A stretch of DNA of 64,000 nucleotides from Clostridia bacterium (GCA_017961575.1 JAGCXA010000006.1:1672-65671); one strand, 5' to 3'. Counted from the stretch's first letter, positions 43,887-53,694 are shown. Numbers and translations: made by a program. The notes: generated from the sequence alone by a model not told the origin.

Positions 43887-45701
43887 GTGACCGAAAAACA
43901 GAAACACATCCGCAATTTCTCGATTATCGCGCACATTGACCACGGAAAATCGACGCTCGCCGACCGGATCCTCGAAAAGACCCGGGCGCTCGATCTGCAC
44001 GAGATGGAGGAACAGATCCTCGACAATATGGACCTCGAACGCGAGCGCGGCATCACCATCAAGGCGCGCGCGGTCCGTCTCGGCTACCGGGCGAAAAACG
44101 GGGAAGACTACGAGTTCAATCTGATCGACACACCGGGTCACGTCGACTTCGGCTACGAGGTCTCGCGTTCGCTCTCCGCGTGCGAGGGCGCGCTTCTCGT
44201 CGTCGACGCGACGCAGGGGGTCGAGGCGCAGACACTTGCGAACGCCTACCTTGCCGTCGACAACTCGCTCGAAATCGTCCCGGTCATCAACAAGATCGAC
44301 CTGCCCTCCGCCGACGTCGAACGGACGAGAGCGGAGATTGAGGACGTGATCGGCATCGACGCCGAGGGATGCCCCGCCGTTTCGGCGAAAATGGGGATCA
44401 ATATCGAGGACGTGCTGGAAAAGATCGTCTCCGATATTCCCGCCCCCGAGGGCGACGAGAACGCGCCGCTCAAAGCGTTGATCTTCGATTCCCGTTACGA
44501 CAGTTATCTCGGGGTCGTGGTCTATATCCGCGTGATGGACGGCGTCGTCCGGGCGGGCGACTCGATCCGTCTGATGAGCACCGGCGCGACCTATCAGGTG
44601 ACCGAGGTCGGGACGCTCGGCGTGACCGAGATGTCGCCCGCCGACGCGCTTTCCGCCGGGGAGGTCGGATACCTGACCGCGAGCATCAAGTCGGTCGCCG
44701 ACACCCGCGTCGGCGATACCGTGACGCTCGCCGACCGTCCGTGCGCCGAGGCGCTGCCCGGCTTCCGGAAGGTGCAGCCGATGGTCTACGCCGGGATCTA
44801 TCCCGAAGACGGCGCGCGCTACGGAGATCTGCGCGACGCGCTCGAAAAACTGCGTCTGAACGACGCCGCGCTCCACTTTGAACCGGAAACCTCGATCGCG
44901 CTCGGCTTCGGCTTCCGGTGCGGTTTCCTCGGACTTCTGCATATGGAGATCATCGAGGAACGGCTCGAACGCGAGTTCAACCTCGATCTCATCACTACCG
45001 CGCCCAGCGTCATTTACCGCGTCACGCTCCGCGGCGGCGAGGTCCGTTTCATCGACAACCCCTCCAATTATCCCGCCCCCGACGAGATCGTCGAATCGGC
45101 GGAGCCCGTCGTGCGCGCCTCGATCATCACCCCCTCCGACTACATCGGCGGGCTGATGGATCTCTGTCAGGATCGGCGGGGCGAGTTCATCGATATGAAA
45201 TACCTCGATCAGAGCCGGGTGGAACTGCACTATATCCTCCCGCTGAACGAGATCATCTACGACTTCTTCGACGCCTTGAAAAGCCGGAGCAAGGGCTATG
45301 CGTCGCTCGACTACGAATTCCTCGAATACCGCCCCGGCAAACTCGTCAAACTCGATTTCCTTCTGAACGGGGAACAGGTGGACGCGCTCTCCTTCATCGT
45401 ACACGAGGAGAAGGCGTATCCCCGCGCCCGCAAGATCGCCGAGCGGCTGAAAGAGAACATTCCGCGTCAGCTTTTCGAGATCCCGATTCAGGCGGCGATC
45501 GGTTCCAAGATCATCGCCCGCGAGACGGTGAAGGCAATGCGGAAGGACGTGCTTGCCAAGTGCTACGGCGGCGACATCACGCGGAAAAAGAAACTGCTGG
45601 AAAAGCAGAAGGAAGGGAAAAAGAAGATGCGCCGTCTCGGATCGGTCGAAGTGACGCCCGAGGCGTTTATGGCGGTGCTCAAACTTGACGACGATGCGTA
45701 A
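43887..45701 (+). CDS. lepA: translation elongation factor 4
   Basis: 604 aa; [22 protein letters not shown]-motifs and the LepA C-terminal domain. Confidence 0.95.
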   Translation: MTEKQKHIRNFSIIAHIDHGKSTLADRILEKTRALDLHEMEEQILDNMDLERERGITIKARAVRLGYRAKNGEDYEFNLIDTPGHVDFGYEVSRSLSACEGALLVVDATQGVEAQTLANAYLAVDNSLEIVPVINKIDLPSADVERTRAEIEDVIGIDAEGCPAVSAKMGINIEDVLEKIVSDIPAPEGDENAPLKALIFDSRYDSYLGVVVYIRVMDGVVRAGDSIRLMSTGATYQVTEVGTLGVTEMSPADALSAGEVGYLTASIKSVADTRVGDTVTLADRPCAEALPGFRKVQPMVYAGIYPEDGARYGDLRDALEKLRLNDAALHFEPETSIALGFGFRCGFLGLLHMEIIEERLEREFNLDLITTAPSVIYRVTLRGGEVRFIDNPSNYPAPDEIVESAEPVVRASIITPSDYIGGLMDLCQDRRGEFIDMKYLDQSRVELHYILPLNEIIYDFFDALKSRSKGYASLDYEFLEYRPGKLVKLDFLLNGEQVDALSFIVHEEKAYPRARKIAERLKENIPRQLFEIPIQAAIGSKIIARETVKAMRKDVLAKCYGGDITRKKKLLEKQKEGKKKMRRLGSVEVTPEAFMAVLKLDDDA

Positions 45702-46809
45702 AGATTTCGGCGTTTATCTGCACGTCCCCTTCTGCCTCTCGAAATGCCCCTACTGCGATTTTTGTTCGTTTCCGGGATTAAGCGAGGAGACGCGGGCACA
45801 ATACGTCGGGGCGCTGATCCGCGAGATCGGCGAGCGCGATTTTCCCCCTCTGACGGCGACCTCCGTCTTCTTCGGCGGCGGAACGCCGACGCTTCTTTCG
45901 GTTCCGCAGTTCGACGCGCTGTTCTCGATGATCGACGCGCGCTTCGGGCTGGCGTGCGACGCGGAGATCACGTTTGAAATGAATCCCGCGACAGCCGACC
46001 GGGAGAAACTGCGCGCCCTTCACGCGCTCGGCTTCAACCGCGTCAGCATCGGGTGTCAGTCGTTCTCGGACGACGAACTTCGCGCGCTCGGACGGGCGCA
46101 CGACGCGGAGGAGATCTTTACGGCGTACGAGGACGCGCTTGCCGCCGGATTCGATAACGTCAATCTGGATCTGATGTACGGGATCCCGCGTCAGACGACG
46201 GGATCGTTCGGAAAAACGCTTGAAACCGTGATCTCGATGGCGCCGGAACACGTTTCCGCCTACGGGCTGATCTTAGAGGAGGGAACGCCGTTCTTTTCCC
46301 GGCAAAAAGAACTTGCATTGCCGGGGGACGACGCGGAGGCGGATATGTACGCGCTCGCTTCGTCTATGCTCCGGGACGCCGGATACCGGCATTACGAGAT
46401 CTCGAATTACGCGCGCCCCGGTCGTGAGTGCCGCCACAATCTGCTCTATTGGCGGCAGGGCGAGTACGCCGCCTACGGTCTTTCGGCTTCCTCGCACGTC
46501 GCGGGAGTACGGAAAACGAATACCCGCGACCTCTCGCGCTATCTTTCCGATCCCGTCCGGGCGACGGCGGAGGAAACCGTCATAAAAGACGCCGAATACG
46601 AATATATTATGTTGAGACTTCGTCTTACGGAGGGGATCGACGAGGAGGATTTCCGCCGCCGTTTCGGGCACGGTTTCCGTGAAAGATACGCCGACAAACT
46701 CGCCCCGTGGTTCGCGCGCGGAGTACTCGTTTCCGACGGCGACCGGACGGCGCTCTCAGACGAGGGACTCTACCTGAATTCCGCTCTGCTCCGGGAACTT
46801 CTTCCTTGA
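45694..46809 (+). CDS. hemW: radical SAM heme chaperone HemW (HemN-like)
   Basis: 371 aa from ATG 45694 (8-nt overlap with lepA); [11 protein letters not shown] cluster motif; lepA-hemW order is conserved in Firmicutes. Confidence 0.85.
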   Translation: MRKDFGVYLHVPFCLSKCPYCDFCSFPGLSEETRAQYVGALIREIGERDFPPLTATSVFFGGGTPTLLSVPQFDALFSMIDARFGLACDAEITFEMNPATADREKLRALHALGFNRVSIGCQSFSDDELRALGRAHDAEEIFTAYEDALAAGFDNVNLDLMYGIPRQTTGSFGKTLETVISMAPEHVSAYGLILEEGTPFFSRQKELALPGDDAEADMYALASSMLRDAGYRHYEISNYARPGRECRHNLLYWRQGEYAAYGLSASSHVAGVRKTNTRDLSRYLSDPVRATAEETVIKDAEYEYIMLRLRLTEGIDEEDFRRRFGHGFRERYADKLAPWFARGVLVSDGDRTALSDEGLYLNSALLRELLP

Positions 46810-46829
46810 CGGGAAAAACGTCCGCCCCC

Positions 46830-46858
46830 TTGACAGAACGGGCGAAAAATGGTAGAAT
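46830..46858 (+). promoter_or_regulatory. sigma-A promoter of DUF1292 gene
   Basis: -35 TTGACA (46830..46835), 17 nt, TGgTAGAAT (-10 at 46853..46858). Confidence 0.55.
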
Positions 46859-46901
46859 AAAACCGAAGAGAATAAGCAAAACCATATAAGGAGAAAACAC
46901 G

Positions 46902-47219
46902 ATGGCAGATCTTCAAAACAACCTCCCCGAAGAGGAGGAAGAGGTGGACGTCTTCACCCTGACCGACGAGGAGGGCAACGAGGAACAGTTCGAGATCCTC
47001 GGCTCGATCGAACTGGACGGCAAGGTGTACTACGCCATGACGAGCGTTGAGGAGAAGAACGACGAGTACGTCATCCTGCGGCTGGAAGGCGAGGACGGCG
47101 ACGACGTGACGCTCGTGACGGTCGACGACGACGACGAGTTCGACCGCGTCGCGGACGAATTCGAGGATAAACTCTTTAACGAGATTGATTACGACGAGGA
47201 CGGTTCCTCCGAACAGTAA
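46902..47219 (+). CDS. DUF1292 family acidic small protein
   Basis: 105 aa; TLTDEEGNEEQFEILGSIELDGKVYYAM core. Confidence 0.75.
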   Translation: MADLQNNLPEEEEEVDVFTLTDEEGNEEQFEILGSIELDGKVYYAMTSVEEKNDEYVILRLEGEDGDDVTLVTVDDDDEFDRVADEFEDKLFNEIDYDEDGSSEQ

Positions 47220-47224
47220 GATTT

Positions 47225-47470
47225 TTTAAACCTGCTTGGTTAGTGATAGACCGAAGTTTGGACCTACAATTCTTTTAAGGGAGCCCGGCTTACCCTGATG
47301 GGATGCAGACCTCCCGGCGGGAGCCGACTTGTTCCGCTGCCCGTTCGGACGCTGGGAGCAACAAAGTCAGGGACGAAGGCATCCACCCTGTACTGACAGG
47401 GTCAGAATTTTCGGCTACACGGCCCGGCGGGGAAACGTGCGCCACTTCCGCTGTGCGGGAGGGGCGCAAT
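47225..47470. ncRNA. candidate structured RNA, unidentified; strand unknown
   Basis: No credible CDS. Nested helices GGATGC(47301)/GCATCC(47379) and GACTT(47326)/AAGTC(47364); hairpins CTCCCGGCGGGAG (47311..47323), ACCCTG..CAGGGT (47385..47402) and GCGCC..GGCGC (47439..47467). Lies between convergent genes. Confidence 0.3.
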
Positions 47471-47473
47471 GAT

Positions 47474-47585
47474 ATACGGACGGGCGTTTCGCCCGTCCGT
47501 ATGACGTTTCGCTTCACGAAACGATATATTCCGCGGCGTTTTTGCCGCGGAAAATGATATACCGACCGCCGGGGGCGGTCGGTAT
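47474..47585. terminator. array of four consecutive GC-rich hairpins between convergent genes
   Basis: Hairpins at 47474..47502, 47505..47523, 47529..47552 and 47559..47585. The last is followed on the minus strand by ATCATTTT and probably terminates the YitT-like gene. Confidence 0.55.
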
Positions 47586-47589
47586 CGTT

Positions 47590-48528
47590 TTATCGTTCGG
47601 TATTCTCTTCCTGCGGGGGATCGTTTTCGGGCGAGGGGAGCGGATCGTGCGACGGGCGCGGCGGATCCTCCCGCACGGTCGTGAAGCCGTTTCCGTGTAC
47701 GTCGGCGACCGAATGGACGATGGTAAAGGCGGCGGGGTCGATCTCGCGGATGATCTGTTGGACGCGGTAGAGCTGACGGGTGGAAACGACCGTCATCACA
47801 AGGTCGCATTCGCGTTCGAGATACCCGGTTTTCCCGTGCAGGAGCGTCACGCCGCGCGCCAGTTCCGAGAAGATCGTTTCGGTGATCTCTTTCGGTTTTC
47901 CCGTCACGATCGTCACCTGCATCTTCTGCCGCCCGACGAGAAGCACCTTGTCGATTAAGACGGTGTAGATCAGAACCAGCAAAAGCCCGTAAAGGATCTG
48001 CTCTTTGTCCGAGAAGAACGCCTGTAACAGCAGGATCAGAACGTCGAAGACCCAGATCCCGAGCGAGAGCGGAACGTGCAGGTACTTGTTCGCGAGCAGG
48101 GGAGGGATGTCGGTGCCGCCGGTCGACGCGCCGCAGCGAAGGACGATCCCGACAGAAAGCCCGATCAGCAACCCCGCGTAGACCGTCGAGAGAATCAGGT
48201 TATCGGTCAGGTTCAGGTTGATGAGGCGCGGTTCGAGGATCCAGTAGAACAAGGGGTAACTGACCGAACTGAAAAGGGTGGTCAGTGCGAAACGCCGCCC
48301 GAGAAAGATCAGTCCGACAATGAACATCACGGCGTAGAAAATGTAGTTGAAGTAGGCGATCGGAAATCCGCTCACCTTGTTGATGAAAATGGAGATACCG
48401 CCCGTGCCGCAGGTGATAAGCCCGTTCGGCACGACGAACGCCGCCATGGCGGCGGCGTAGACGCCGTTCGCGATCACGACGGCGATGATCTCAAAAAGGA
48501 ACCGAAGTCTCTGATTGTTCTTGAACAC
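47590..48528 (-). CDS. YitT family membrane protein with C-terminal DUF2179 domain
   Basis: 312 aa from GTG 48528 (GGAGAAGGAG RBS); five TM helices then the VTIVTGKPKEITETIF...GVTLLHGKTGY DUF2179 pattern. Confidence 0.8.
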   Translation of the reverse strand: MFKNNQRLRFLFEIIAVVIANGVYAAAMAAFVVPNGLITCGTGGISIFINKVSGFPIAYFNYIFYAVMFIVGLIFLGRRFALTTLFSSVSYPLFYWILEPRLINLNLTDNLILSTVYAGLLIGLSVGIVLRCGASTGGTDIPPLLANKYLHVPLSLGIWVFDVLILLLQAFFSDKEQILYGLLLVLIYTVLIDKVLLVGRQKMQVTIVTGKPKEITETIFSELARGVTLLHGKTGYLERECDLVMTVVSTRQLYRVQQIIREIDPAAFTIVHSVADVHGNGFTTVREDPPRPSHDPLPSPENDPPQEENTER

Positions 48529-48550
48529 GGTCGCGCTCCTTCTCCCGACG

Positions 48551-48597
48551 AAAAACCGGACGGCAGTCCGATATGGGAAACCGATTCTGCCGTCCGG
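48551..48597 (-). terminator. terminator of mscL
   Basis: CCGGACGGCAG...CTGCCGTCCGG followed by TTTTT on the minus strand. Confidence 0.65.
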
Positions 48598-48616
48598 GAT
48601 CAATTACGCGGGGAAA

Positions 48617-49225
48617 TTATTTGTCGATTTTTGCGAGGATCTTTTCAAGAAGTTCGGTCTGCTTGGCGTTGGCTTCGTAGAACGCTTTGAGCTGCGCTTC
48701 CTTTTCGGCGGCGACGGCGGCTGCCTCGGCGTCGGCTTTCGCCTTCTCTTCGGCGGCTGCGGCTGCTTCGGCTTCGGCGATCTTCTTGGCTTCCTCGGCT
48801 TTCGCCTTTTCACGGTAGGCAAGACGCTCTTGTGACGCGCGGAAGACGCGAACGATGATGAAGATCGTCAGCGCGATGATGAGGAAGTTGACGATCGCTT
48901 GCAGGAACAGACCGTATTCGATGTGTCCGGCGCCGGTGCCCGCTTCGATCACTTTCTTCCCGTTTTCGAGAACGAACTCGCCGGTGTCGGGGTCGGTGAC
49001 GTAGGTCGGCGCTTTGATCCAGACGTCAAGGTCGGCAAGCGACGCTTTCCCGGTGAAGAGCCCGACGATCGGCATCAGGATATTGTTGACAAGAGCGGTG
49101 ATGATCGCGTTGAACGCGCCGCCGATGACGGCCGCGACAGCCAGATCAAGGATGTTTCCCTTTGTGATGAACGCCTTGAAGTCTTTGAAAAACGAGGATT
49201 TCTTCTTTGCCTTTTTCTTTTTCAT
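48617..49225 (-). CDS. mscL: large-conductance mechanosensitive channel with extended loop and Ala/Glu/Lys-rich C-terminal tail
   Basis: 202 aa from ATG 49225 (AGGAG RBS); FKAFITKGNILDLAVAAVIGGAFNAIITALVNNILMP signature. Confidence 0.85.
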   Translation of the reverse strand: MKKKKAKKKSSFFKDFKAFITKGNILDLAVAAVIGGAFNAIITALVNNILMPIVGLFTGKASLADLDVWIKAPTYVTDPDTGEFVLENGKKVIEAGTGAGHIEYGLFLQAIVNFLIIALTIFIIVRVFRASQERLAYREKAKAEEAKKIAEAEAAAAAEEKAKADAEAAAVAAEKEAQLKAFYEANAKQTELLEKILAKIDK

Positions 49226-49281
49226 TTGAGGAAAGCTCCTTCCTTTTTGCACTTTTTGATGATGGGGATCTACCAATATCT

Positions 49282-49310
49282 AATATACACCCAAAATCGC
49301 GAAAAGTCAA
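49282..49310 (-). promoter_or_regulatory. sigma-A promoter of mscL
   Basis: -35 TTGACT (49310..49305), 17 nt, -10 TATATT (49287..49282). Confidence 0.5.
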
Positions 49311-49416
49311 CCCCGGAAACAAAAACGGTTATATTTTTCGATTTTTTAAACATCCGTTTTATTTCCCGATAAGCGTTGTAGAATGATGGCGAAAAAAGAA
49401 AACGGAGGCGGAAAAA

Positions 49417-49680
49417 ATGAAAAAGGGAACGCCAAAGAGAGTGAAGAGAAGTTACCGTATGCTCGGCGGTCTGACCGTTCTTTCGGTTCTGGTTTCGGTT
49501 TTGCTCGGTCTGTTCGTGTCGTCCGACGCGTGCCTGTCGGGCGTTCTCGGCGGGATCATCGTCGTCACCTTCTCGGCGATCCTCTCGTCCGCCTGCGATT
49601 GCGCGATCGAGTTACGGCGCGAGGAAAACGAGGAGAGGGAGATCGGCGCGGTTTCCCGGAAAATGCCGAAACGCTCTTGA
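49417..49680 (+). CDS. small membrane protein, hypothetical
   Basis: 87 aa; GGAGG RBS; two hydrophobic segments; charged C-terminus. Confidence 0.5.
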   Translation: MKKGTPKRVKRSYRMLGGLTVLSVLVSVLLGLFVSSDACLSGVLGGIIVVTFSAILSSACDCAIELRREENEEREIGAVSRKMPKRS

Positions 49681-49704
49681 CAAACCCTATAAAAAGTGTA
49701 TAAT
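49677..49704 (+). promoter_or_regulatory. sigma-A promoter of asnA
   Basis: -35 TTGACA (49677..49682, overlapping the upstream stop codon), 16 nt, TGtATAAT-type extended -10 (-10 at 49699..49704). Confidence 0.6.
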
Positions 49705-49747
49705 AAATACATTCTGTAAGCCATAGGAGGACGCCGGTCTTTCCGGT

Positions 49748-50761
49748 GTGAAAGGTATGTCAAGTTGTCGGATCCCGGAGAACTACGTATCGCATCTGAC
49801 CCTGCGCCAGACCGAGAACGCCATCAAGAAGGTCAAGGACTTCTTCGAGCGCGATCTTGCGATCCAACTGAATCTGACGCGCGTCTCCGCGCCGCTTTTC
49901 GTCAAGGACGACAGCGGTCTGAACGACAATCTGAACGGCGTCGAGCGCCCCGTCTCCTTCGACCTTCTCGGCGGCGAACGCTTCGAGATCGTCCATTCGC
50001 TCGCGAAATGGAAGCGGATGGCGCTGAAAACCTACGGTTTCTCGGCTGGCGAGGGGCTCTATACCGATATGAACGCCATCCGCCGCGACGAGGAGACCGA
50101 CAACCTTCATTCGATCTTCGTCGACCAATGGGACTGGGAGAAGGTGATCCGGCGCGAGGATCGCACGCTCGACACGCTGAAAAAAACCGTCAAACTGATC
50201 TACGCGTCTCTCCGCCACACCGAGATTTACATCGCGGACGACTACAAATTCATCGACCGCCTGCTTCCCGAGAAGATCACGTTCCTGTCGACCCAGGAAC
50301 TCGAAGACCGTTATCCCGACGCGACCCCGAAAGAGCGGGAGTATTTCGCCGCGAAGGAGTACGGAGCGATCTGCTTGATCGGGATCGGCGGGAAGTTGAG
50401 ATCCGGGAAGAGACACGACGGACGCGCCCCCGACTACGACGACTGGACGCTGAACTGCGATATCATCGTCTACTATCCCGTCCTCGACGTCGCGCTCGAA
50501 CTCTCCTCGATGGGGATCCGCGTGGACGAGGAAGCGATGGTGCGGCAGCTTGCCGAGGCGGGGTGCCCCGAACGGGCGGATCTGCCCTTCCACCGCGCGC
50601 TGCTCAACGGGGAATTGCCCTACACGATCGGCGGCGGCATCGGTCAGTCCCGGATGTGTATGTTCTTCCTCCGGAAGGCGCACATCGGCGAGGTACAGTC
50701 CTCGTATTGGGACGACGAAACCAGAAAGACCTGCGCGGAACACGGCGTAGCGCTGCTCTGA
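49748..50761 (+). CDS. asnA: aspartate--ammonia ligase
   Basis: 337 aa (GTG 49748; ATG 49757 is an alternative start); LRQTENAIKKVKDFFE, class II aaRS-like core, GGGIGQSR motif. Confidence 0.9.
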   Translation: MKGMSSCRIPENYVSHLTLRQTENAIKKVKDFFERDLAIQLNLTRVSAPLFVKDDSGLNDNLNGVERPVSFDLLGGERFEIVHSLAKWKRMALKTYGFSAGEGLYTDMNAIRRDEETDNLHSIFVDQWDWEKVIRREDRTLDTLKKTVKLIYASLRHTEIYIADDYKFIDRLLPEKITFLSTQELEDRYPDATPKEREYFAAKEYGAICLIGIGGKLRSGKRHDGRAPDYDDWTLNCDIIVYYPVLDVALELSSMGIRVDEEAMVRQLAEAGCPERADLPFHRALLNGELPYTIGGGIGQSRMCMFFLRKAHIGEVQSSYWDDETRKTCAEHGVALL

Positions 50762-50772
50762 AAAACAAATCC

Positions 50773-50804
50773 GGGGCGACCGTTCGGTCGCCCCGTTCTT
50801 TTTT
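50773..50804. terminator. bidirectional terminator (asnA / LtaS-like gene)
   Basis: GGGGCGACC-GTTC-GGTCGCCCC then GTTCTTTTTT. Confidence 0.75.
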
Positions 50805-50808
50805 CGTT

Positions 50809-52407
50809 TTACGAGAAATGCAGAAGGTAATAGGAGGAGAACTTGCGGATCTCGGTTTCGAGCCAATCGTACCCGTTTTCCTCGGAGAGCGTCGGCAGAT
50901 CCGAGAACAGATTGACGCCGAGTCCGAGCCGGTCGCCCTCGACCGAAAAGCCCATAGCCGAAAGAACCGTGGGGAAGAGGTCGAAGGTCGTAAAGGTTCT
51001 TCCTTCGGTTGGACGGCTCGGCGTCGCCGCCGAATTGATGAAGCAGTTGTAGACCGAGGGTTCGCGCGTTTTGTCTGGATCGGAGAGCGCCTTGTCCATC
51101 CGGGGATGATCCCCGGTCAGAACGATCAGCGTATCGTCGAAGAAATCCTGCTCCGAGCACCATTTGACGAAATCCGCCGCCTGCCTGTCGGCGCAGGAGA
51201 TCACGCGGTCGATCCGCGTCCCGCTTCTCCCCTGACAGAGCGGGCAGGGATGACCGTTTGCGTGGTGCGTGTCGACGGTGAGAAAGGTGAAGTTGAAGGG
51301 GTCGCCGCTCTCGGCGAGTTTCAGGATCTCGGATTTCGCTATATCGTAGAGAATATAGTCCTCCAATCCCCACCAGCCGTCGTGATAGTCCTCGGCGACG
51401 GCGCCGGTCTTCCGCGCGGTAAAGAGATCGTAGAGCGTGAAGTCGCCGTGCTGGGAATAGAAGAGGTCGCGGCCGCCGAAGCGGACGTCGGAACCGCAGA
51501 GGAATTCCTGCCGGTATCCCTTCCGTTCGAGAATATCGCCGAAGGTGGTCAGCCCCGACGCGAACTTCTCGTGGTAGATCATATCGTTGTGTCCGTTCTC
51601 GCCGAGCTCGAAGGAGAAGGGGACGCCCGACGTCGACGCGAGCAGCGCCGCGATCGTCCATCCGGTTCCGATGGGGCTGTAAAACCCGCCGATCTTTCCG
51701 TCGGTCTGATCGGAAAAGAAGAGATTGTCGTGCGCGAGCGCGGTCAGGTTCGGGATCAGGTTGGAGACCTCAAGCCCGCCCTCTTCTTTCGATACGGCGG
51801 CGGTCTCCATGCTCTCCATATAGAGCCAGATGATATTTTTCGGCTTTCCGTTCGCTTCGATCAGCACGTCCTCGGGGGACACGTAACGATCCTCGTAGAT
51901 CGTGGTTTTTTGCCGGAGCAGAACGACGTATTCGGGGATCCTCAGAACGAAGACCGAAAAGACGAGAGAAAAAACGAGAAGCAGAAGGATCGCCGTCGCG
52001 CCGATCCGTCGAAGCGCGCGCTGGCGCGCGTACTGAACGGGGCGGCGTCGGTCGTTCTTCTGCCAGTCCTCGCGCTCGACCTCGTATAGAAACCGGTTCT
52101 TGCGCTTGGTTTTCAGATCGCGGAAAACGCGACCGACGGGTCCCCGCGCGAAAAGAGGGATGCAGACGAGAGCATACAGAACGCCCCCGACGAAGAGATA
52201 CCCGAGGGCGGCGCCGACGATCTGCAAAACCGTCGATTCTCCCGTCCCTTTCAGGGGCGAGAGGAGCGTATAAAGCAGTTCCTTGAACGAAATATCGAAG
52301 GTCAGATCATACCAGACCGCAAGGGAAAGGATCGCGATACCGATCAGAAACAGTATCCCGAAAACTATGGCGAAAACGATTTTTCCGGGTTGCGGCTGCT
52401 TGTTCAA
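50809..52407 (-). CDS. LTA synthase family protein (sulfatase-fold phosphoglycerol transferase)
   Basis: 532 aa; N-terminal TM block then sulfatase domain (NIIWLYMESME, TVDTHH). Confidence 0.8.
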   Translation of the reverse strand: MNKQPQPGKIVFAIVFGILFLIGIAILSLAVWYDLTFDISFKELLYTLLSPLKGTGESTVLQIVGAALGYLFVGGVLYALVCIPLFARGPVGRVFRDLKTKRKNRFLYEVEREDWQKNDRRRPVQYARQRALRRIGATAILLLLVFSLVFSVFVLRIPEYVVLLRQKTTIYEDRYVSPEDVLIEANGKPKNIIWLYMESMETAAVSKEEGGLEVSNLIPNLTALAHDNLFFSDQTDGKIGGFYSPIGTGWTIAALLASTSGVPFSFELGENGHNDMIYHEKFASGLTTFGDILERKGYRQEFLCGSDVRFGGRDLFYSQHGDFTLYDLFTARKTGAVAEDYHDGWWGLEDYILYDIAKSEILKLAESGDPFNFTFLTVDTHHANGHPCPLCQGRSGTRIDRVISCADRQAADFVKWCSEQDFFDDTLIVLTGDHPRMDKALSDPDKTREPSVYNCFINSAATPSRPTEGRTFTTFDLFPTVLSAMGFSVEGDRLGLGVNLFSDLPTLSEENGYDWLETEIRKFSSYYLLHFS

Positions 52408-52458
52408 TCGCGTGTCCTTTCCCGGGCGCTGCGACGGCTTTCTTCCGAGGAAAAGTCC

Positions 52459-52803
52459 TCAGAAGTTCGCGCCGTTCCAACCCCAGTATTCGATGTTTTC
52501 GTATTTGACGTAAACGCCGGTCCCGGGGATCCCGACGACCCGCTCCATCAGGTCGGTCAGGTTCTGTGTGACGGCGGCGAAAGCGTCCGGGGTCGAGTTG
52601 CCGAGCAATTCGACCTCGATCATCGCGAGCGGAACGTCGCTTTTTCCGGCGAGCGAAAGGGCGCAGTCGCCCTCGCAGTCGGTCATCAGCCACCGTTCGG
52701 TCTTGCCCGGGAAGAGTTCGATCGTCTTGCCGAGTTCTTTTTGGAGTTCGACGACGGTTTTGTCGTCGAGGGGGCGGTTGCAGCGAACGCGGATATACGG
52801 CAT
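52459..52803 (-). CDS. MIF/phenylpyruvate tautomerase family protein
   Basis: 114 aa; begins MP (Pro1 after Met removal); ends YENIEYWGWNGANF, as in the MIF C-terminus. Confidence 0.7.
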   Translation of the reverse strand: MPYIRVRCNRPLDDKTVVELQKELGKTIELFPGKTERWLMTDCEGDCALSLAGKSDVPLAMIEVELLGNSTPDAFAAVTQNLTDLMERVVGIPGTGVYVKYENIEYWGWNGANF

Positions 52804-52814
52804 ATTATTTTACC

Positions 52815-53678
52815 TCACACACCGGAATAAGCGGAAAAGCCGCCGTCGATCGGAAGGATCACGCCGGTGACGAACCCGGACGCGGCGTCGTCAAGGAAGA
52901 AGAACAGACCGCCGAGCAGTTCGCTCGCTTCTCCGAAGCGGCGCATCGGAGTCCCGGCAAGGATCTTGCCGGTGCGGGGGGTCGGCGTTCCGTCCTCGCG
53001 GAAGAGAAGGGCGCGGTTCTGATTGGTTACGAAGAACCCCGGGGCGATGGCGTTCACGCGGACGCCGGTCTCGGCGAAATGGACCGCAAGCCATTGCGTG
53101 AAGTTCGAGACGGCTGCCTTCGCCGCGCTGTACGCCGGGATCTTCGTCAGGGGGCGGTAGGCGTTCATCGACGAAATGTTGACGACGTTCCCGCCTTTTC
53201 CGGACTTCGCCATATCGAGCGCGAAGACCTGGGTCGTTAAGAAAGCCGCGGTGACGTTCAGATCGAACACGAAGCGGACGCCGTCGGGCGAGATCGAGAA
53301 GAAGGACTGCTTGTCGGGGTCGGAGAGCGTCGCCTCCTGAAAGGTCTCGTCGTAGGTCGTGGCGCGGGGATTGTTCCCGCCCGCCCCGTTGATCAGAATG
53401 TCGCAGGGACCGAACTCCCGGTCGACGACGGCTTTCGCCGCTTCAAGCGACGCTTTATCGAGGCAGTTCGTCTTGATCGCGACGGCGCGCCCGCCGTCGC
53501 GGTTGATCCCGTCGGCGATCTCTTTCGCCACCGACTCGTTGATATCGAGCAGGGCGACCTTCGCGCCGCACTTGGCGAGCGCGCGGGAGAAGTCCGAGCA
53601 AAGCACTCCGGCGGCGCCGGTCACGACGGCGACCTTTCCGGAAAGATCGAGCGCGTAGGGAAGTTTCATTTCACTCAT
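52815..53678 (-). CDS. SDR oxidoreductase, D-mannonate/fructuronate reductase-like (YjmF/UxuB type)
   Basis: 287 aa from ATG 53678; VVTGAAGVLC cofactor loop, NISSM...YSAAKAA catalytic tetrad region; directly downstream of uxuA. Confidence 0.7.
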   Translation of the reverse strand: MSEMKLPYALDLSGKVAVVTGAAGVLCSDFSRALAKCGAKVALLDINESVAKEIADGINRDGGRAVAIKTNCLDKASLEAAKAVVDREFGPCDILINGAGGNNPRATTYDETFQEATLSDPDKQSFFSISPDGVRFVFDLNVTAAFLTTQVFALDMAKSGKGGNVVNISSMNAYRPLTKIPAYSAAKAAVSNFTQWLAVHFAETGVRVNAIAPGFFVTNQNRALLFREDGTPTPRTGKILAGTPMRRFGEASELLGGLFFFLDDAASGFVTGVILPIDGGFSAYSGV

Positions 53679-53694
53679 CGGTTTCACCTTCTTT

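Noticed and set aside
47225-47470. Identification as RNase P RNA, SRP RNA, 6S RNA, or a glmS, cobalamin or guanidine riboswitch.
   Set aside because: Only short chance-level matches were found (CCCGGCTTA, GTCAGG, ACACGG, GGCGGGGAAA). The paired P4 strands, the SRP GNRA-capped domain IV, the B12 box and other signatures are absent, and there is no downstream gene for a riboswitch. I kept it only as an unidentified candidate.
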